DNA of 64,000 bases from Amoebophrya sp. A120 (lineage: Eukaryota > Protista > Dinoflagellata), in assembly GCA_905178155.1 (NCBI GenBank), contig CAJINV010000005.1:1046564-1110563 (forward strand), written 5' to 3'. The notes under the pieces are model-generated. The model saw nothing but the letters and a program-made list of their open reading frames with translations. It searched no databases and had not been told where the DNA came from. A program made the translations under genes and the position numbers. Positions 24,582 through 36,411 of the stretch are shown one piece after another (the stretch's first letter is position 1; every line of letters starts with the position of its first letter).

Positions 24582-25499
24582 ATGCCTGACTCTACCGGGC
24601 GACCTACTTACATTGAGCTCCTGAAGCGGGTGCTGGATCCGATCGAGGATGAGATGTTGGAGACAGCGACCACCTTACTGAAGGGCGATCTCGGGGCGCC
24701 CTCCCTCGATAACTACGACGAGGTGCTAGACAAGATTGTCAAGCTTGGCGACAAAGTTCGGACCCAGATTGAAGAGTCCATTGTCGAAAACAGGCTGGCA
24801 GACCTTGTTGGTGAACCGGGTTCGACGGAGGCGGTGGAGTCGACGCAGGCGGTGAAGTCCGAGCTGGATTTGGACGTGGAGGATGAGATGGAGGACTACT
24901 TCCTCCATCTAGTACAGAGGCCCTCTGTAAAGCGGTTTGACGCCGCTTCGGCCCCCATCTACTTCAAGCTGCTGCACGGATTCAGTGCCGAAAGCATGGG
25001 TTCCTTTGCCGACTCCGTGTTTGGCTGGACAATCGAGAAATTCACCCTCGAAGAATTTTTGGAAATAACTTCCAAATGGCACCCGTTTTCGCGGTTTGAC
25101 GACAACGGGACGAGCATCGCCGCGGTAGAAGAGCGAGCAATCCCGCAGTGGTTTGGGCAGCTCGTGTCGAGTGCGGTTCGCCCGTCGAATGGCTGGATGG
25201 GGGATCGGAAGCAACCACTCCCGGAAGAAATTGTCTCGCAAATCATGGACGCCGGGATGCGACCACTCCGCTTCGCAGTGCTGATTTTCTGCGACGAAGC
25301 AACGGAGTTGGGCGAACTAGAGGGGCTACCACTGTCCGACGTTTTGAGTGCTGTCGTTCGACACCGACGGGAAAACGATGGCGTATTTCCTTCAAGTGAA
25401 GACCACGCCATCGAACTCCGGTTGGTTTTTCACGAGATTCCGCCCAAAAGGTATGCCCACGGGGTTTTTCCGCGGCGACTGCGGGAAGAAGCATCGTAA
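24582..25499 (+). CDS. Hypothetical protein, intronless
   Basis: GC-rich ORF of about 305 codons from ATG 24582 (MPDSTGRPTY...) with AT-richer flanks. No motif recognised. Confidence 0.6.
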   Translation: MPDSTGRPTYIELLKRVLDPIEDEMLETATTLLKGDLGAPSLDNYDEVLDKIVKLGDKVRTQIEESIVENRLADLVGEPGSTEAVESTQAVKSELDLDVEDEMEDYFLHLVQRPSVKRFDAASAPIYFKLLHGFSAESMGSFADSVFGWTIEKFTLEEFLEITSKWHPFSRFDDNGTSIAAVEERAIPQWFGQLVSSAVRPSNGWMGDRKQPLPEEIVSQIMDAGMRPLRFAVLIFCDEATELGELEGLPLSDVLSAVVRHRRENDGVFPSSEDHAIELRLVFHEIPPKRYAHGVFPRRLREEAS

Positions 25500-26121
25500 A
25501 CCTGCGGATTGTGTGGGCTTTGCACCAGTTTTGGGTCGCAAATCGAATCACCTGGTCAATTGAAGCTCTTTCTGTGTATCTATTTTTTGTCCACCGTTTT
25601 GATTGAATTTGAACTGCTTCAACGATGCTATCGGATGAAGATTGATGTGTTTGTGCCAGCGCACCGTCTTTAGCACGAACATTGCAACTGAGCACGAACA
25701 TTGTACTTCTACCTCGTTCAACAGGGCGGCAGAGGTGCAGGGGCGTTTTGAGATGGACGAAGGCACCATCCGCTTTGGCAGACGAGATGAAGTGCCACAG
25801 GAAGACGAGCTCTGTACTGCGCTTCTTGTTGTCGCATATTTCGTTTTACTTGAGAATAAGTAGGCGATTGAGATGAAAGCTACGATAAATACAGAAATGC
25901 ATGTCAATGTGTAACTTTATCGTGCCGTGGAAAATGCTGTTCTACATCCATGATCAATCATCTGTGGTCATCAGTTCACAGTTGTTACATCTCGAAAAGG
26001 TTAGTACTACTAAGGAAGCTTTTGGTCCAAAGAGTCAGATCACAGTGGCTACAAGTTCTTGAAATCATAATACGAACGTGAGCGCCGAGAAAGACGTGGC
26101 AGATCCTCCCAGTTCTGTGTC

Positions 26122-29100
26122 ATGTCAGAACTCCAACGCCCGCGTGTTTTTTGGCGTGATTTTTACTACGTAGATTTGCCGGACGGCAAGAGATGCTGGT
26201 GGAGCGCGCTTCTACGCCTTGCCAGTACAAGAAGAAGTAGAGAGGGTAGTACGACGGAAGCCACGGAAGAAATAAGCGAATCGATCATGTTGAAGATTGC
26301 GGAGCGGTACTGGTGCGCGAACCGCCGTGGTTTTCTTGTCTTCAACTTTCTAAGCTGTCTGTTCTTCCACTTGTCACTGCGAGAACACTGCGCGACTTTC
26401 ACCTTGACTTCCGCGGCAACAGCGCCACTGCTTCCGGATAGAAACATAGGAAGCCACCAGGACGTCGCTTTCCACCCAGCTCCAGGCCGGCGCGGAACGG
26501 CCCCCCCTACAATCTCGAAATCGTGGCGGAGATTCTTTCTTCGGCCGTTCCAGTGCGCGCGTCGCAATGGAGGCCAGTCTGGAGCAAGTGGGGAGACAGT
26601 AGCCCGCGCGGATGGAACACCCTCGGAGGACGAACAACGCAAAACCGAAAGGGCCTCAGAAGCTCTTCTGCAGCGACACGCAGCTGAGGATTGGATCGCA
26701 CGAGCGGAAACCGCTCTTGCCGAAAATCGTGGTTTTGAGTGGACCGGCAGTGTGTACTCGAAAAACAGCCTGCCAGCGGACTTCTGGACGCGAATAGCGG
26801 GAGGTGGTGGTTGGGCGGTGGAAGACGAAAACCTTACTGTTGTAGACCACGCGCCGCCGTGTTCGAGTTTATTTCCGACGCACGACAATGCTGACGACGT
26901 CATCCTTCGTCGAAGCATTCTGTGTGACAAGCGTCGTTCTTCCCGAAGCAGGCACTTGGGTGGAGAACAAGTTGAACCGCAAGAGGACTCGACGTCCAGC
27001 AGACCGATGCCGCCGCCGCCAATGCAGAAGATGCGGAGAGTAGATAACAGACAGGACCAAGTTCAGGAGACAGAAGTGCAGCCAGTCCACCGTATTGTGG
27101 CAGGAGACTACTGCTCTCGCCTGCAGGTAACGAACACGATCTACCACAACAGCTGCAAGCGGGCCGCCCCTGCGGAGACCATTGGCACACGAACTCGTTT
27201 TGTTGATGCCCCGAGGAAGGAAGTTCTAAACCTGTTGCAAAGTAGACGAAGCATAGAAACTGACAAGAATAATTCATCTCATGACCATGTTGATCTGGTG
27301 GATTTCTACGGAAGCACGGCAAGCGGAAAAATGGCTCAACATTTCCGTCCACTACAGAATGGCTTCCTGCGGGTAGTGACGGGCAACGTAAAAAAGCTGT
27401 ATGGCGGAGTCCTGCCCACGTACACCGACTTCGAGGATCGCCATGCGCTCGTGCGCGGCGCGGAAAACGGCAGTCGCAAATTGGTGGAACTACGATCGTA
27501 CCTCGACGTCCGAGTCCTCGGCTGCAGCTTGTTTCCCGGCGCCGCGTCGACGCCAAAGAGTTGCAAGAAAGGAAGCGTCGTCCCCTCGACGACAAAGTCT
27601 GCCACTTCTGCGTCGTCCAGTTGTTCTACTGTTCCTAATTTTGGTTGTTCTACATCTCCCGGCTCGACGACCCCGGGCTCGACTCCCGGCTCGTCGGTAG
27701 ACATGAGCTGCACATCTGACTCTGCTTTTTGTGCCCCTTCATTCGGTGGTGGAGAGGAACCACAGCACTGCGTCGGCTCTCCCAGCGTAGCGGGGAAAGA
27801 AAATCCTCACCCAAACCTCGACGCCGGCAGTGTTCCTGAATTTGTCGGCGCAGACTTTTTGGAACCTCCAAAGCACGCCGCGTGGCGCTCTTTGCGAATC
27901 TACGAGAACAGCGGCGTGGGAGTGCAACAGCCGGAGGAACCTCTGGGTCTCGGCCGCCAGCAACCACATCTGCGCCGCCGACCCCCGGTGACACGGGTTT
28001 GGATCCGCTATCTTGTGTTCTGGGAGCCGACGGACACCGGAATTCCGAAGGCACTGCACGCACTGGCGCAAGACGCGGAGCAGCTGGAATTCGAAGCGCT
28101 GCAAAGCCACGTGGCGGCCGAAGTGGGGAGAGCGGCCTCCGCGGAGCAGCATTTGCGCTCAGGAGCGCAGGAGAAGTTGAAAGGTACAGGAACATCTTCA
28201 CTTCCGCCCAAATCGGGCACCGGCTCCGACAGACTCATGCTTCCAGAAGGCTGGAAGAAAGATGATCTTCCGCCACCAGATTCCGCGTTTTGGTTTTCCA
28301 CAGGCAGCAGTGTTCCGCCAGATCATAATTCCGCCGCTGATTTAGGCCGGAAGAAAGTGGAGTGGTATCTCTTCCACGCGAAGCTGGACACGCCGTCGGG
28401 GAAGGGCCGCCGGGGCAGCACCTCCAGCAGCAAGCACAGCCTGTCCTACCCGGAGCGCGTAGACTTCCGGAATGGGGTGCGGTGGCAGGCGGTTTTTGAC
28501 CTGTCAAAGATGTCCGCAGAACAAGTTGCGCAGGACTTGCAGACTTTGGTAAGTCCTCTCCTCAGCGGGCAGCAAGAAGGAGAGGATGATTACATCTACA
28601 AAAGAAAAACACACGAGCTTCTGCATTCGCAAACCGCGAAGTTGAAATCGCCTTTGTGGTTGCTGGGGCGGAGCACGTTGATCAGTTCGGAAGTTGTGTC
28701 CTCCACCCCGGAGCAGCGGCACGTGCGCGGCCGCGGACGTGCGCCGGTGGACTTTAAGGGCTTGCCGCCGGTGGAAGCAGAGTTCGAGGACCTCCACCGG
28801 TACGGCGCGAAGGAGCATCAGTTTCTTCCCTACTCGGTGTCGCGCTACAACCCCTGGGTGCAGCCCACGATGGGGGCTCCGAAAGACATGTCTGGGCTCT
28901 GGACCGTGCGTAAGTCTCTGACATGGAAGGACGAGCCGCGGCGCTTCGTCGAGTTTTCCTACGAAATGATTTGGGCTGAGCACGAGGACGGCCGGCCGGG
29001 CTGGCGCATGGACGACCGCATGAGCGCCTTCGTCAAGTTCGCTCTGAAGCCTCCCACGGAACTGGGGCACCGGAAGGAGTTTGAGGCGATAAAGAAGCAG

Positions 29101-29166
29101 TTGCAGGAGCAAGCTCACTGGACGGAAGTCGTAACCGAAGAAGGCGGGAGGAAGGGAGGGACATAG
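26122..29166 (+). CDS. Hypothetical 1014-aa protein, apparently intronless
   Basis: 3 kb ORF with globular W/F/Y-rich blocks separated by Ser-rich linkers. No family recognised. Confidence 0.7.
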   Translation: MSELQRPRVFWRDFYYVDLPDGKRCWWSALLRLASTRRSREGSTTEATEEISESIMLKIAERYWCANRRGFLVFNFLSCLFFHLSLREHCATFTLTSAATAPLLPDRNIGSHQDVAFHPAPGRRGTAPPTISKSWRRFFLRPFQCARRNGGQSGASGETVARADGTPSEDEQRKTERASEALLQRHAAEDWIARAETALAENRGFEWTGSVYSKNSLPADFWTRIAGGGGWAVEDENLTVVDHAPPCSSLFPTHDNADDVILRRSILCDKRRSSRSRHLGGEQVEPQEDSTSSRPMPPPPMQKMRRVDNRQDQVQETEVQPVHRIVAGDYCSRLQVTNTIYHNSCKRAAPAETIGTRTRFVDAPRKEVLNLLQSRRSIETDKNNSSHDHVDLVDFYGSTASGKMAQHFRPLQNGFLRVVTGNVKKLYGGVLPTYTDFEDRHALVRGAENGSRKLVELRSYLDVRVLGCSLFPGAASTPKSCKKGSVVPSTTKSATSASSSCSTVPNFGCSTSPGSTTPGSTPGSSVDMSCTSDSAFCAPSFGGGEEPQHCVGSPSVAGKENPHPNLDAGSVPEFVGADFLEPPKHAAWRSLRIYENSGVGVQQPEEPLGLGRQQPHLRRRPPVTRVWIRYLVFWEPTDTGIPKALHALAQDAEQLEFEALQSHVAAEVGRAASAEQHLRSGAQEKLKGTGTSSLPPKSGTGSDRLMLPEGWKKDDLPPPDSAFWFSTGSSVPPDHNSAADLGRKKVEWYLFHAKLDTPSGKGRRGSTSSSKHSLSYPERVDFRNGVRWQAVFDLSKMSAEQVAQDLQTLVSPLLSGQQEGEDDYIYKRKTHELLHSQTAKLKSPLWLLGRSTLISSEVVSSTPEQRHVRGRGRAPVDFKGLPPVEAEFEDLHRYGAKEHQFLPYSVSRYNPWVQPTMGAPKDMSGLWTVRKSLTWKDEPRRFVEFSYEMIWAEHEDGRPGWRMDDRMSAFVKFALKPPTELGHRKEFEAIKKQLQEQAHWTEVVTEEGGRKGGT

Positions 29167-30274
29167 GTTCTAAAAGCCCTTGCGCAGTGCATCTCTCCCT
29201 TTTTTTCCTCAACTGATCACCAGCTTTGTCTCTTTTAGAGACACAGAGACAGTGGGTCCACCGACTTGTCTGTGCTGCATTGATGTGTTGCTCCATTGCT
29301 ATTCCGAATGCCATGCCACGCATTTTGTGAGGATCATTTTGCACGAGAATACTGTAGTTGAAATGAAAGAAGGCACAGCACATGGTCGTCGCGTTTCTGC
29401 GTGTCGTCGTGTGTCTTGCCGTAGTCAGGTCGTCACAGTCACATAAATCTCATTCATTGTAGTTTGCAAATCGCCAAGAAAAAATGCACTGAAATACAGT
29501 TTTGTTTGATAAACGCAAAGAGTTGACGGAAGAGAAGGACGAGACCAAAATTGCATGGCGATGCCAGTGCGGCTGGCTCTTTTACTTCTCTGTATGGAAA
29601 GGCCGGCAATAACAATATCCTGCAAAGTGTAAAAAAAATGCTGTCCTCGCTGCGCATCGGTCTTTGCGGTTCTACTACTTTGTTTCATGCCGTCGAGTCG
29701 TGTTCCGACTTCCAACCGTATCATAGATACACCCTTTTTGAGAACCCAATTGACTAGCCGGACACGTCAGCCTAAGGTGGTACTCGTGTGTACATCGGTC
29801 TAAGTAACGAGAAGCACATGTAGGTCTTCGACATTTGTTAAGAGCGCTTCTTCTGCGACACTTAGTCTCTCACGTGTGTATCTAGCACGCAACTAGCTTC
29901 TGACGTGGACCGATTCGAATCAGGTTCAATAAGGAGGAAAAGTTTCACTTTCACGGAGTGGGAAAGAAGTATTGACATACACGTAGGCGGAAAAAGCACT
30001 TACTGCACTTACTTGCAGGTCCTCATTATCAAAACATATGGATATATACTCTAACTACTAACCCTCCAGAGATCCTTTACTCGTTCCATTGTTCCTAGTA
30101 CTGTATACAATTATGGACAGCTGCTCCTCGCCCCAGCCTCTCTGCCGTCTGTCTTAACCCCATCCCCTCACCAGCCCCCCGAGGTCGCTTTCGCAGTGAA
30201 CAACCTACTGCGAACAACCACTTCCCTCCCCCCCACCCCACACTTCTCCCTCCCCCCCTTAGTATCGAAGCAAG

Positions 30275-33200
30275 ATGGAGTTGAATCTGGTGAAAGCGCA
30301 ACCCTTGCGGTCGGTGTACGTGCGGGCGGATGTGTATGGAAGCGTCAGGTTTGAAATCGACAAAGTTGAAATGATTTGTCATGCATACAATGGATACCAG
30401 TTGGAAGCCCAATTTCCAAGCGGCGCATGACAAATTTTCGGAGCTCTGGAATCCAATTTGTCATGCTGTTTGGGCACAGAAGACTGCTTTTGTCATGCTC
30501 CTCTAGCAGCTCTATCCCAAACCCTAAATAGGCTCACAATCTGCCTCATTTGCCATCCCGGCAAGACAGGCATTCCATGCCTTGCATTTTAGGCATGAGA
30601 AAGCATTTCAACTTTGACGATTTCAATCCTGACAGGTCCATAATGTGAATGCGTTCGAGGCGGTGATCGACCCCAGCATCCGCGAGGTGTACAGCGACAA
30701 CAAGTTTCACACCTCCACAAACGCGAAGATGGTGGAACAATACATTCTGCAGTCGGGGTATCCAAGAAAAAAACGTTGTTAGTGTAAATTTGTGATGCGC
30801 AACATGCAAAGTAATTGCGTCTGTCATGCTTGGCATGCATCGTAGGGTCCATTAAAGGGCGTTTTCACGTACTATCTGCGCATGACAGGTTTTTGCTGTC
30901 ATGCCAGACAAATTTGTAATGCTGTTCCTCCAAAGAAGTTACACCTACAATGTTTTTTTCTTGGATACGGGGGAGCAGAAGGGGTTCCAGACCCGGGACA
31001 AGGAAATCCTGTGGAACATGGAGATCAACACGTTTCAAGTGCGCCACGAGGTGGCCAAGGAGTGGTCCTTTTTCGTCAGCGTCATGGGCCTGTCGCACTC
31101 GCAGAAGGTGGCGGCCGACCACCTGCAGTTGGTCAACAGGTGGAGCGGCCGGAAAATCATAGTGATAATCGCCGACCACGGGTTCCGGGGTCATGGGTAC
31201 AGCAGAGTACCTGTTTTTTCATGCACTTTGACTTTCTCTCGCATAGGGTTAGGGATCCGATTGCATGGATCCGTGACTCCTTTTTCTCCAAATGGCGCGG
31301 TGTCATTTTTCCTGCCTCTTTTAACATTTTCGCTTCGTTTCCTAAAGACAAAAATTCACTTCACCGCAGCGCCCACGAGTTTTTCCAGATAGCGATTGCG
31401 TTGCATACGCAGCTGGGCGCCAACGTGCTGATGTTCGAATCTCCACCGGAATTCGAGCGGAATGTGCGGGACTACGTGGAGATTATGCCCTCCATCATCC
31501 TGAAGATCCTGGATTTCTACCGCATCCACAAATTTGCCGCGTTCGGCCTCGGGTACGGGGGCGCAGTGGCGTTTCGGCTGTACATGCTGGCCCCGGTTCG
31601 GTTTTCCTCCCAGGCACACGTGATGATCAACCCCAGGTTCCTATCTTGAGTAAAAACGTACCCACACCAGAGTCAGGATGGGGATTTTGCAACACAAAAC
31701 TAGGAGTTTTGTGAGTCACGCATGACAAGTTTCAGTCCGTAAGGTAGTGCAAGTTAGCAAGGAAAGCCGCATCACAAATCGACCTGCTGATCCTGTTTAC
31801 AGCATTACAAGTTCCCAAACACGATTGAAAATGCCTGTCATGGGGTTGCGCATCACAAATGTTCCTGTCATGGCAAATCTGCATGACAACTATGGTGTGG
31901 GGACGTTTTTACACAGGATAGTTCCCAGAGGGCGTGGAGCTCCCGGAGCGGTTCGACATCGTGAAAACGATGAAGCGGGTCGGGTTCGAACCCAGCCAGT
32001 TTTGGCTGATCCGGTTGCAGCGGAAACTCGATCAGGACGGGCTACCGATAAAATCCACCAGAATAACGCACGAAAAAAGAAAGATATCGGACAAGGTGAG
32101 AAAGAGCCGTAGTATCTATGGATAAGTAGCTACGGACTAGTCAACATACAGGTGAACGTGGACATCACTATGATTTGCATTAGTTTCCACCATGGCAGCT
32201 CGTTTGTCTTACACTTGCTTTTGATGATCTCTAGTACTGCTTTCAGCAGTGGAAAAATTCGAAGGACCACAAAAACGTCGTCAATTGATTCAAACAACAG
32301 ATTCTCGAAGACAGTTTCCAGAGCCTGCTTCAGCGCGTTATGCAGGAGATCAAGGGGTTGAAGAAGCGCTCCCCCGACGAGGTGAGGACGAAAAATGGAG
32401 CTTTTTTCGACGAGGTAATTTTTTCCCAGGACATCCACTACAAAAACATGCACTGGTTCCGGATGTTCCCCCACGACCCCCAGACGTTGTTGATCCTCTT
32501 TTCCCGAAAAATGACCAAGTGCCTGATCACCTACTTTGTCGCGCAACGGTTTCCCTTCCAGCACGAGGTGATCCCCATGCCGGGGTCGGAGCTCGCGGCG
32601 GTGCAGGACAAGAAGGCACAGGAGGCGGAGGAGGAGGAGGACAGCCCCGGACAAAAGAAGGGAAAGAAGAAGCGCAAAAACGCGAACGCATCCTTGCGAG
32701 AGATGGGGATCGGGGTCGGGGCGGCCGGCACGACCAGTGCGGGGTACTGTCGTGGCTTTTTTTTGGTGCCCTTAATGTCACTGTGAATCAGAATCTGGTG
32801 GATCATGATCTGCATGGCAAGTAGAATTCTTTCTGATGCTCACAATTTCAAACAGCTCACCGTCCGTCTCTTCCCCCGCAATGAGTCTTGTCAAGGGTCA
32901 GGATGGACAAAACATAACCGCCAGCAGCGGTTCGGGTTTTGAAAATAATCTGAAAAAGGAGATAAAAGCTGGTGAGGCCGCAACATCCAATGCCGCGGGG
33001 GACGCACAAGCGGCGGGTGAAAATAGCAAAGCCGCGGAAGGTAGTACCAGTTTAACAGAGGCGCAACAGCCAACCCAGCCAGCAGAGGGAGACCCAGCTG
33101 CATCCGCACCGGCCAAGGAAACCCTGCTCCCGCCCGTGGGGGAGTCACCAAAAGTTAAAGAAGCAACACCCGCGGGGGGCTTGGGTTTGATAGACGAGGG

Positions 33201-35735
33201 CAGTGAGTTGATACCTCTGGAGGGCGGGGGGACGATTTCGTTGGCGGAGTTGCAGAGCCAGCAAGCGGCGGCTGCCGGGGAGGCGGATACGCTGATGTCC
33301 CTGTTTGGCGGGGAGCCAGGATTGTCTCAGCAGTCGGATGACGTTCCGAACAAGCTGCAGGTACTGATTTAGGTTTTTCGTGATCGGTCATAGTACCATT
33401 TCCTCTCCAGTGTGTACATCAACTTGTTGAACAAGAGCGAGTTTCATTTGTTCCAACACGACGTAAGTATATCATTACATCACTTCAGTCCTCCCTTCCC
33501 GCGATCGGAGAAAATTCCCCAGGCCACCAGCGACCCGGTAGTTCCCAATCCCAGCAGCGTCCCGGCAGTTCTCAATCCCAGCAAAGACCGGGCAGTGCAC
33601 AATCACAAAAGGACCGCCCGGGGTCCTCCCAGTCGCAAACCGCGAAGAACACGACGTCGACAATAATGCCCACCGCGGCGGAGGAGGAGCAGTCGAAGAA
33701 GGAGTTTGAAGCAAAGGCCGAGGAGGCGAAGGCCGAATTGCGAAGGCTCGCGGCGGAGGACGCCCGGAAACAGGAGTCCACGGTGAACTTCGGGTTGATC
33801 CGCGAAATGGACGCGATCGTGAACCGGCCCGAGGAACTGGGGTACAACTGCTTTGGCGAACTGGCCAGTCTCGCGAAAATGCGGAAGGCGCAGGTGGGCC
33901 TGCCCGACCCGAACAAGCGGCCGGTGTTGATCGGGAAGGAGATCAACCCGCTGCGCAAGCTCCGGATGGAGGAACGGCAGAACGAGATCATGCGGAAAAT
34001 GGCCGTGGGCGGGCTGGACGCCGAGGCGGAGGAGAAAAAGGAGCGGCAACGCGCGGTGAAGTACTCCGTGGACTTGTCGGCGAAGAACCTGGCGATCTTG
34101 GAACGGGAAAACGTATCAAATGCAAATATGTCTGGGTCTGGAAAGTTGGAACTTGTAATGCTGGCGTTACATTCCTGCGAAATCTGTATTGCGTGACCAA
34201 CAAAAGTGGCAGCCTCTCACGTCATACAAAAACGCAGTCTCTCATGCGGAGTTCGTATGAGAAAGCGTTCTGTACACTTGTCATGCGTTCTAGCATAAAG
34301 GTGTCTTTTCATCATGCACATTTTAGCATCACAAAGTTCCAGACCCAGACATTTTTGCAATCCATAAAACGAAGATCTGTACAACAAGAAGCTGTTGGAG
34401 ATCGCGCAATATCCTGTGCAAAAGTATCGTACTCGTAGTAATTGCATTTATGCATTACAAGTCTTTGTTTCAAGGTAAGTCAGCATTACAAATGCAATTC
34501 TTGTAATGCTGGGCGAGTCTGTAATGCAATTTATACTAGTGCGATGCTTTTGCATTGCATACGCAACAGGAGGAGGCACAGCTGGAAAAGGTCCGGAGAC
34601 ACGACCGCCGCGCGATGGCCAGCTCCTTCACCGCGGGGCCGGGGCGGTCAATCGCGATGTCCTCCACGGTAAAAGGGGCGAGCCGGTTCGGCACGACGAC
34701 CGCCGCGGATCAAGGCAAGAAGATGCAGGCCCTGAAGGACCTGCTCGCGCAGCCCGCCGTGGCGCCGGCCGAGGTGCTCGTCGGCCCGGAGGGCGCGGCG
34801 CCGGCCATCGCGGGGATCATACCGGGGGGAAGGCAGCGGGTGGAGTTGGCGGCCCAGGTGCCGGTCAACGTGGATTCGTTCGAAGACGAGAACGCGCTGG
34901 CGGAGGTGTACCGCAGTCGGTTGGCGGACGCGCAGCGAGCCACGGACAAGGAGGAGACGGACAAGGCAAAAAAGATACGGCACGAGCAACAACACACGAC
35001 AAGGTATCTATTAACGTCAGAATCGCTTTTTTTTTCGTTCTGTCGTGGTCCAGAAGCAGATGTCATGACATGAGAGCGTACGGATCCGAAATAACATATT
35101 TTGAATAAATTTGAATCGCCCGCCGCCACTATGCATCAACAGCAGCAGTCGCTATGTCTACGATCAGAACCTCCTTTGATCCAAATTTCTACGCGCCATT
35201 TGCAAGAGCGGGGCGCGTGTCCGCACATTCTTGTGAGGATTTCTTTTCAAAAAATACGCCCTGGCTCATCTAGTGGACGCAAAAGCGAAACAATTCTGAC
35301 CCTGTACTCAGCGGGTGCTTCTTCGATCCAATTTGTGGAGCACTCGTTCTCTTTGGGGTCAACAGCATACAATACACATTCATCTTTCTGCTTCTGCACT
35401 AAATCACAGCGAAGGCGCTCAATGAGTGCTCATGTTCTGGAATGTAATACCGAAAGACAAAGAAACAACAAAAGAAGTAGGTCGTGCGCAAGATAGAAAT
35501 CCAAATCCCTGAAGATCATGCTACTATACCAAATAACAGGGAAATGCGTCTGGTCGCGCTGATGCAGCAGCGGAAGGAGATGGAGGGGGTGAAGAAACTC
35601 TACGACGAGCAGCAGCGCGCAGTCAAGTACGGCGACCCAGAAACCCGGAAGATGGAGGCGGTGCTGCAAATGTCGCGGGAGGAATTCGAAAACGACCAGG
35701 CAAAGCTGGAAGCGAGCTTGACGCGGCGACGGTAA
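30275..35735 (+). CDS. Multi-exon protein with N-terminal alpha/beta-hydrolase-like domain (GLGYGG elbow), RPGSSQSQ repeats and coiled-coil C-terminus
   Basis: Frame continuous after removing elements 30335, 30759, 31642, 34114, 34410 (each with one TSD) and GT-AG introns 31197-31246, 32096-32300, 32744-32855, 33361-33488, 35004-35539. KFAAFGLGYGGAVAF..HVMINP resembles the hydrolase nucleophile-elbow region. Confidence 0.7.
30335..30642. mobile_element. Introner-like TIR element, family E; TSD ATGTG
   Basis: Left tatggaagcgtcaggtttgaaatcgacaaagttgaaatg; reverse complement of right end tatggacctgtcaggattgaaatcgtcaaagttgaaatg. atgtg at 30330-30334 and 30643-30647. Removal gives RADV|NAFEAV. 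Confidence 0.93.
30759..30967. mobile_element. Introner-like TIR element, family C-related; TSD CGGGG
   Basis: Left tatccaagaaaaaacgttgttagtgtaa; right ttacacctacaatgtttttttcttggata. cgggg at 30754-30758 and 30968-30972. Removal gives ILQSG|EQKGF. Confidence 0.92.
31642..31920. mobile_element. Introner-like TIR element, family B (opposite orientation to 8544 and 48523); TSD GTTCC
   Basis: Left tatcttgagtaaaaacgtacccacaccagagtc; right tatggtgtggggacgtttttacacaggata. gttcc at 31637-31641 and 31921-31925. Removal gives NPRF|PEGVELP. Confidence 0.95.
33531..33636 (+). repeat. Coding tandem repeat (about 27-nt unit) encoding RPGS(S/A)QSQ four times
   Basis: cgacccggtagttcccaatcccagcag / cgtcccggcagttctcaatcccagcaa / agaccgggcagtgcacaatcacaaaag / cgcccggggtcctcccagtcg. 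Confidence 0.8.
34114..34366. mobile_element. Introner-like TIR element, family A; TSD AAACG
   Basis: Left tatcaaatgcaaatatgtctgggtctggaa; right ttccagacccagacatttttgcaatccata. aaacg at 34109-34113 and 34367-34371. Removal gives EREN|EDLYNK. Confidence 0.94.
34410..34561. mobile_element. Introner-like TIR element, family D; TSD CGCAA
   Basis: Left tatcctgtgcaaaagtatcgtactcgtagtaattgcatt; reverse complement of right end tatgcaatgcaaaagcatcgcactagtataaattgcatt. cgcaa at 34405-34409 and 34562-34566. Removal gives LEIAQ|QEEAQ. Confidence 0.9.
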
Positions 35736-36411
35736 GGACGCGGGGTTGAAGCGACGACCGATGGCTCGATGTACAAACAAACAATGCAGGCATGGTTACT
35801 GATGGTCAACGCAATTTTAGTACGCAGCTATGACACTGTGAAAATGGTTATGGTAGAATATGGTTTCGAATTCGATACGATATAGATGAAATATGGTAAA
35901 ACTGTGAATCGCAGACAGCGTTGCCCTGTCGCAGAGAACGGTTTCGATATGAATCAAAAAGGTATACATGAACTTCTGAAATGTACATGTAAGATTGACT
36001 TTGACTACTACCCAGTGACTGTATCTGTACCCTGAAGAACCCTAGTACCCCTGAATTGGCCTGATCCTGAATGTACGTGAGCAATTTGCAGCCACTGCGC
36101 TTGTACGATAAAATGCGAAAAGAAAATACGTCACTCACCACGGAAACGGACCCTGTACTGGAAAAAAATGGGTTGCAGTTCGACGGTGCTGGAGTCTTAC
36201 TCTTGCAAACAGTTGATGTTCCTGAGCTTGTTGGTGTTCTTCTTCTGGAGCGTGTAACGCGATAGCGCGTCTTGAAAGGTTTGGACCACGACGTAGGACG
36301 TTAAGGTTGAGTAGCATTCCGCGTCGTGAAAGCCCGTTGCATGAGTTTTGTTTGCGTCTCCGGGTCCGAAAGTTACCCAAGAAAAACAGTGCGTGAGTTA
36401 GTTAGCAGAAC

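Noticed and set aside
26122-29166. 1014-aa ORF as the autonomous transposase for the elements
   Set aside because: I recognised no DDE, tyrosine-recombinase or RT motif and no flanking TIR or TSD. An HHpred search would be needed to exclude it fully.
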